From Botryllus schlosseri (taxonomy: Eukaryota), in contig CM119372.1 of the NCBI GenBank assembly GCA_051294905.1, forward strand, positions 10,480,001 through 10,544,000: 64,000 bases of DNA, written 5' to 3'. The translations under genes were made by a program, and so were the position numbers. A model generated the notes under the pieces. It saw only the letters and a program-made list of their open reading frames with translations, ran no database searches and was not told the origin of the DNA. This document shows positions 59,701 through 64,000 of this stretch, piece by piece; position 1 is the first letter of the stretch, and every line of letters begins with the position of its first letter.

Positions 59701-61991
59701 TGATTCCGCCGAGACTTCAGATCAACAAGAAAATGAACTCGAGCGTGCAAATGTCACTGCGTTATCACCATCGGCGACAACGTCAGTTTGCGACGATAAC
59801 ACCGAGTGTGAATCACCATTAGTACACGGTGCAATAGCAGTGGCGGAAAACGCATTATGCGACCAAAAATTGACTGCCCCAGGATTAGTTGCCGAGGACC
59901 AATCCAACACTGTTGGCTGTCACCATGACAAGGAGACCGACCAAGACCTATCAACGAATGATAAGTGTCTGAAGACGTCAACGGAAAATTCACACGAGCC
60001 AGCCTGTACGGTTGACAATAGCAGATCATTGTCAGCGACTAACGTACTTGATAGCCATTCTTCCTGTGTTCAAACAGTCAATCCTGCACCAGAGACATCA
60101 CATAAAATTCCTGATAAAGGACTTGACACAACGACAGTCGTCCATGCTGGGTTATCGTGTACATCAAAAATATCAGATGCGCCTGAGGTCAACATTGGAT
60201 CTCTTTCGGGAACAAACAATTCTCGTCTACCTGGTGATCTAGTAACTAATGCGAAATCCCGAAATACTGAATGTGTTCCGCCTAAAGATATAATTCCATC
60301 CGCCATACCCAGCGTAGCACGAGAAAGAGAAGTTGATTCTGTCTCTCAGTACCACGATACTGTTTTAAATATCAAGGTTACCAATATGCAATGCGATAAA
60401 GACCCTGTTAGTTCCAGTGTCAGTAGCACTAGGATATTTTCCCATGTCACATCACCGATAACCATCGTTAATCGGTCATCATTTTCTCCACCTAAAGGTT
60501 CCCTATCGAATAGACAGTCGTTCAGAGGGCCACAAATGAAAATTCAATCATCGAAGCCAAAAAACATACTTTCCAAACCGTGGGACAAACCAAAGAAAGT
60601 CACCAAAACGAAACTCACGACAGCTGATGTGCCTAAAGATGCATGTGTTAAAACTGTTTCCGACAATCTCACGTTGACTTCCGCTGAAATCCAGCATTCT
60701 CCGAAAAAAATCGCAAAGCCACTAAAGTCCATATTATTAAATCGCAATGAGAGTCCCAGTGTGGTACGAAGGGCCGGCGGAAATGCTGGTACGGCGGCAA
60801 TTCGCGCAACTGAAACAGTAGGTCGGACAGACGCATACTCCGATTCCCAGAACACCACAAAGACTGGAAGTATCAGGGGAAGAAAAAGGAAAGGCGTTCG
60901 CGTAGGACACGCCAAGCGAGCCGTTAAAACGAAAAGACTGAATGACAAACAACAAGGGACCGGAGACGACTCCCCAATGGTCCCGAAGCTTATTGAAGAA
61001 GCCCTCGAAAATGTGGATTCCGAACTTTCGACTCAAGAATCAAAGAATAATAGTACCATATCACAACATAAAAATAAATCGAGAGCAAGGTCTAGTAAGG
61101 TGAGCAAGCAGTCTAAACCACGGCATAAAGGGAAGCGCCGCGGTCGCTTACCATCAATATCATCTGACGAAGATATCATGGAAGAACTAAACTCCGTCGT
61201 TCAGCATCCAACGGCCGAGCGAAAGTCTTCCCGGTCTGAGAATAGCGACAACGACGAAAGCGATGACGGTCTCGTAAGTTTCATGGGCATCATACGAGAC
61301 TCGGACAAGATCGTGCCTACCGTTCCTGAAGTGAAACGGGAAGCCGAATCGGAATCTGCCCACGACAGTATCAACATGTTATTTGATAATGAAATTTCGG
61401 ACACCGATCTGAATGAATATTCAGAATCTCGCAGCACCGTAATCACTAGACAAAACCGCGCTGCCGTACCTGAATTACAGGCGCAAGACTTAACGGCCCG
61501 TGACAAAACAAGCAGGGAACCGTGTGAAACTAGTTCGGTGAAACAAGTGCAGTCTTCAGCCGAGTGTTCGAACTGTAACTTTGTCCAATCCGACCCCAGC
61601 AAAGGAAAGGATAGCATGCTTCAAAATCCAGACGTGGCAAACGAAATGAGCTCCACTGACGCGACGAGATCATTGAAGAATCACGTTATACCCCTCGAAT
61701 CGCCGCCCCCTAGTATCGCCATGCAATCAGCAGGCGCGGAACAACACATTTCTGACATCAACGTTCGCAACTCAACCGAAATCCGTGGTTACGAGAAAGC
61801 GGATGGTTCTGATGCTGAAAAAGTGTCACCACAATCGTTAGACACTGGAAGTCTGACTTCGAATCTTTTGACTCCTCCCACTTCACCGACGAAAGACGAT
61901 AAAACCGAATCTGCGTTTCCGCCTGAAAGTACGGAACCACTTGATCTTAGTAGAGGCGTGAATATGACTGCTTCTACATCAACGAAAAAAG
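56751..61991 (+). CDS. Giant 5241-nt internal exon of the large uncharacterised gene (low-complexity S/T/R/K/D/E-rich, RS-like tract)
   Basis: Lies within the 1791-aa ORF; acceptor TTTTCCTTCCGCTAG (phase 1) and donor G|GTTACT (phase 1); contains RRRSHSPS...RRRSLSP, RGRKRK, LLTPPTSP and PLDLS. Confidence 0.88.
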
Positions 61992-62049
61992 GTTACTTGA
62001 AATGCTTCATTCTATATGTTACGTTTTTTTTACCATACTTTTTATGTAG

Positions 62050-62157
62050 GAAAGTCACAATCCGAAAGCAGCCGACGTAAACGATCCTCCGTAATATGTT
62101 CCCGGGAGAATCAGCCGGAATGTCAATATAGTGCGGGAGATAATCCGGAATTTAAAA
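62050..62157 (+). CDS. Exon of the large gene (phase 1/1)
   Basis: Acceptor TTTTATGTAG, donor A|GTGATA; GKSQSESSRRKRSS...PEFK. Confidence 0.7.
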
Positions 62158-62216
62158 GTGATACTTTCATCACTGTATTTGTTATTAGAAAATCTGATCC
62201 AACACTGTGTATTCAG

Positions 62217-62279
62217 GTGCATCCAACTTAATCGCCGCGGCTGCGGAAATCGCTGGCGTTCCTACATCCATACATTCTG
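62217..62279 (+). CDS. Exon of the large gene (phase 1/1)
   Basis: Acceptor TGTATTCAG, donor G|GTAAAT; SASNLIAAAAEIAGVPTSIHS. Confidence 0.7.
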
Positions 62280-62364
62280 GTAAATTTTCATCCCTAGTTA
62301 GGATACCTTATAATTGATATAAGATATAAAGTAGCTTGGTGTCTATTCACTAATATTCCCGCAG

Positions 62365-62433
62365 AAGCCGACGGAACAATCGCTGGGCCTTTTAATAAGG
62401 AAGAACTGTCGTCTACACGAACCGAAGTTGAAG
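62365..62433 (+). CDS. Exon of the large gene (phase 1/1)
   Basis: Branch-like CTAAT, acceptor TTCCCGCAG, donor G|GTATGA; EADGTIAGPFNKEELSSTRTEVE. Confidence 0.72.
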
Positions 62434-62509
62434 GTATGATTAAAATGCTTCAATCACTCCTGTTTTCAGTCATATGTTTCAGGGGACTAAAATATCTCTT
62501 AACATGCAG

Positions 62510-63072
62510 AAAGTAAATCTACTATCGCGGATCAACATAAGCCCATTCCTACGTCGAAAAAATCTTCCAAATCTAAGAAGGAACCAAAGCCTCTGTCAAC
62601 TCGTCGCATGCCTGTTGGAAAAAGTTGTCACGGATTTCTTGAAGTCTGTTTGTCTTGTCATAAAGATGATAGCAAAATTACGTATTCGATGCGCCGCATT
62701 CCTTACGTACGAGCGTTACCATCGCTTGAACACGAAAACAAAACTTTAAAACCGTCCGCCAATGAGGATGAGTCGGAAGCATCTTTACTTGGAACCTCGT
62801 GCACCTCCAAGACTTACGTGCGGATGCGTGATATTATTTGTTTGCTAAAAATCCCTGGAGAATCGTTGTACTCGCTGACAAATCGATGTGCTGTGGAATT
62901 ATTTTATCCCAGTGACTATGCAATAAAATTGTTCCGCTCTGTTTACGACCCAGTAAGTGATTCTGATCCGATCATGGCCAAGATGATGATGACGAATTGG
63001 CGGGGAGAGATGTTTCAAGAATTTTTGAACCATATGATCATTTTGGACGAATTTTTACACTCCATGTTGCCG
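62510..63072 (+). CDS. Exon of the large gene (phase 1/0), start of a probable globular domain
   Basis: Acceptor CATGCAG, donor CCG|GTAAGT; in frame with ORF 62608-63114. Confidence 0.8.
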
Positions 63073-63140
63073 GTAAGTGCCGTCGGAATTGAACACGTGA
63101 CCCTGCTCAGTTGAATCATTATGTCGTATTGTTTTGCCAG

Positions 63141-63245
63141 CGATTTTATTCAGAATGTTTAGACATCCGTAGTACAGATGTTCCGAACTTTGTTAACGTC
63201 AAAATTTTCAAACCGATCCTGGGTATCGGTGAAAATGTTGTTGAG
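63141..63245 (+). CDS. Exon of the large gene (phase 0/0)
   Basis: Acceptor GTTTTGCCAG, donor GAG|GTTAGT; RFYSECLDIRSTDVPNFVNVKIFKPILGIGENVVE. Confidence 0.78.
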
Positions 63246-63307
63246 GTTAGTCTTGATTTCCGTGTAAACTCGATTATAAACAATGTAATCGAAATTTCGT
63301 TTCATAG

Positions 63308-64000
63308 ATCTTCCGTAAGCCGTATGAATACAACTCCATCTTGTGGAAAATGGATCGCCATAATTTCGCTAAACCATCGCCCAGACAGAGATTTTGCACT
63401 GCTGCCCATTCTACTATACGCAAATGCAACAACACACCTGACACGAGATATTTTCCGGGTGGCACGCAAACTCACCAACCGTCGACACGAAACTCACCAG
63501 GCGTTGATCAAAACCGGAAAACAAATCCCCGCTCAACTGTCAACTTCATCGCTTCCTGGTCTCCACCGAGCGCGAGTAAAGGAAATGTTGACACGACAAA
63601 CTACTCTGTGTCTGCGCAACGACTGCAGTACATGAGGTATCCGCAACCTCAGGACCTTCCAAGAACCACAAATTTCAATACTCAAGGGCCACGTCAGTAT
63701 GATGGTACACTGAGAGTGATTCCTACGGATGCCAGGTTGATCACAAATAATCTACGACCACCTGGTGAAATGGTTCAGTATCACGGAGTCGTGCGGTATC
63801 GTGGAATGAGAAGTGTAAGCAACCATTGTGATGTTGAACAAAGAGGAGCTACTACCTATTTACAAGAAGCTATGACCACTGTCAATCATGAGCAGAACCA
63901 GAACTACCTAAACTCGACTCTTGCGGTGCGATATCCTAACGCTAGCGCGTCGGTACCGCGGCCACCTCCGCCGTACATTGCGCCTGGCACGATAAATATT
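63308..64000 (+). CDS. Exon of the large gene, open to the end of the window (partial)
   Basis: Acceptor TTTCATAG; 231 codons without a stop (IFRKPYEYNSILWKMDRH...RPPPPYIAPGTINI); absent from the ORF track, presumably because no stop occurs in the window. Confidence 0.75.
   Translation, partial: MFRKPYEYNSILWKMDRHNFAKPSPRQRFCTAAHSTIRKCNNTPDTRYFPGGTQTHQPSTRNSPGVDQNRKTNPRSTVNFIASWSPPSASKGNVDTTNYSVSAQRLQYMRYPQPQDLPRTTNFNTQGPRQYDGTLRVIPTDARLITNNLRPPGEMVQYHGVVRYRGMRSVSNHCDVEQRGATTYLQEAMTTVNHEQNQNYLNSTLAVRYPNASASVPRPPPPYIAPGTINI

Noticed and set aside
56705..62080. The 1791-aa ORF as a complete single-exon gene, or as a viral/TE polyprotein
   Set aside because: Its first 15 and last 29 or so codons are hydrophobic read-through into introns (acceptor at 56750, donor at 61992), and no RT, integrase, protease or capsid motifs are visible.
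63246..63635. C-terminal part of ORF 63111-63635 as coding
   Set aside because: A donor at 63246 and an acceptor at 63307 switch to another frame that stays open to the window end.

Overview
Eukaryotic (invertebrate animal) genomic DNA. The short GT-AG introns of about 55-85 nt and the gene junction architecture are consistent with an ascidian/tunicate, but this is unproven. The window holds three host genes, all on the + strand: (1) an intronless XPR1 phosphate exporter (391-2487); (2) a three-exon MNAT1/MAT1 CAK assembly factor (3433-6017), joined to XPR1 by an AATAAA lying 13 nt before an unpaired splice acceptor, the layout known from SL trans-spliced ascidian operons; (3) a large unidentified gene assembled here from ten phase-compatible exons (31003 to beyond 64000, at least 2691 codons, one 5.2-kb exon) with PLDLS, LLTPPTSP and PPPY short linear motifs. 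Most of the rest is stacked transposon debris whose ends can be mapped by TIRs and target-site duplications (TSDs): many hAT-type MITEs, decayed CR1-group LINEs, a tRNA-derived SINE, Tc1/mariner-type and Harbinger-type elements, a Sola2 element with a transposase remnant, and a MITE carrying telomere-like repeats. Three ultra-short (26-53 bp) inverted-repeat elements with exact 7-bp TSDs resemble P/Galileo-type excision footprints. No CRISPR array, rRNA or genuine tRNA gene was seen. All calls were made by eye, with no database searches.
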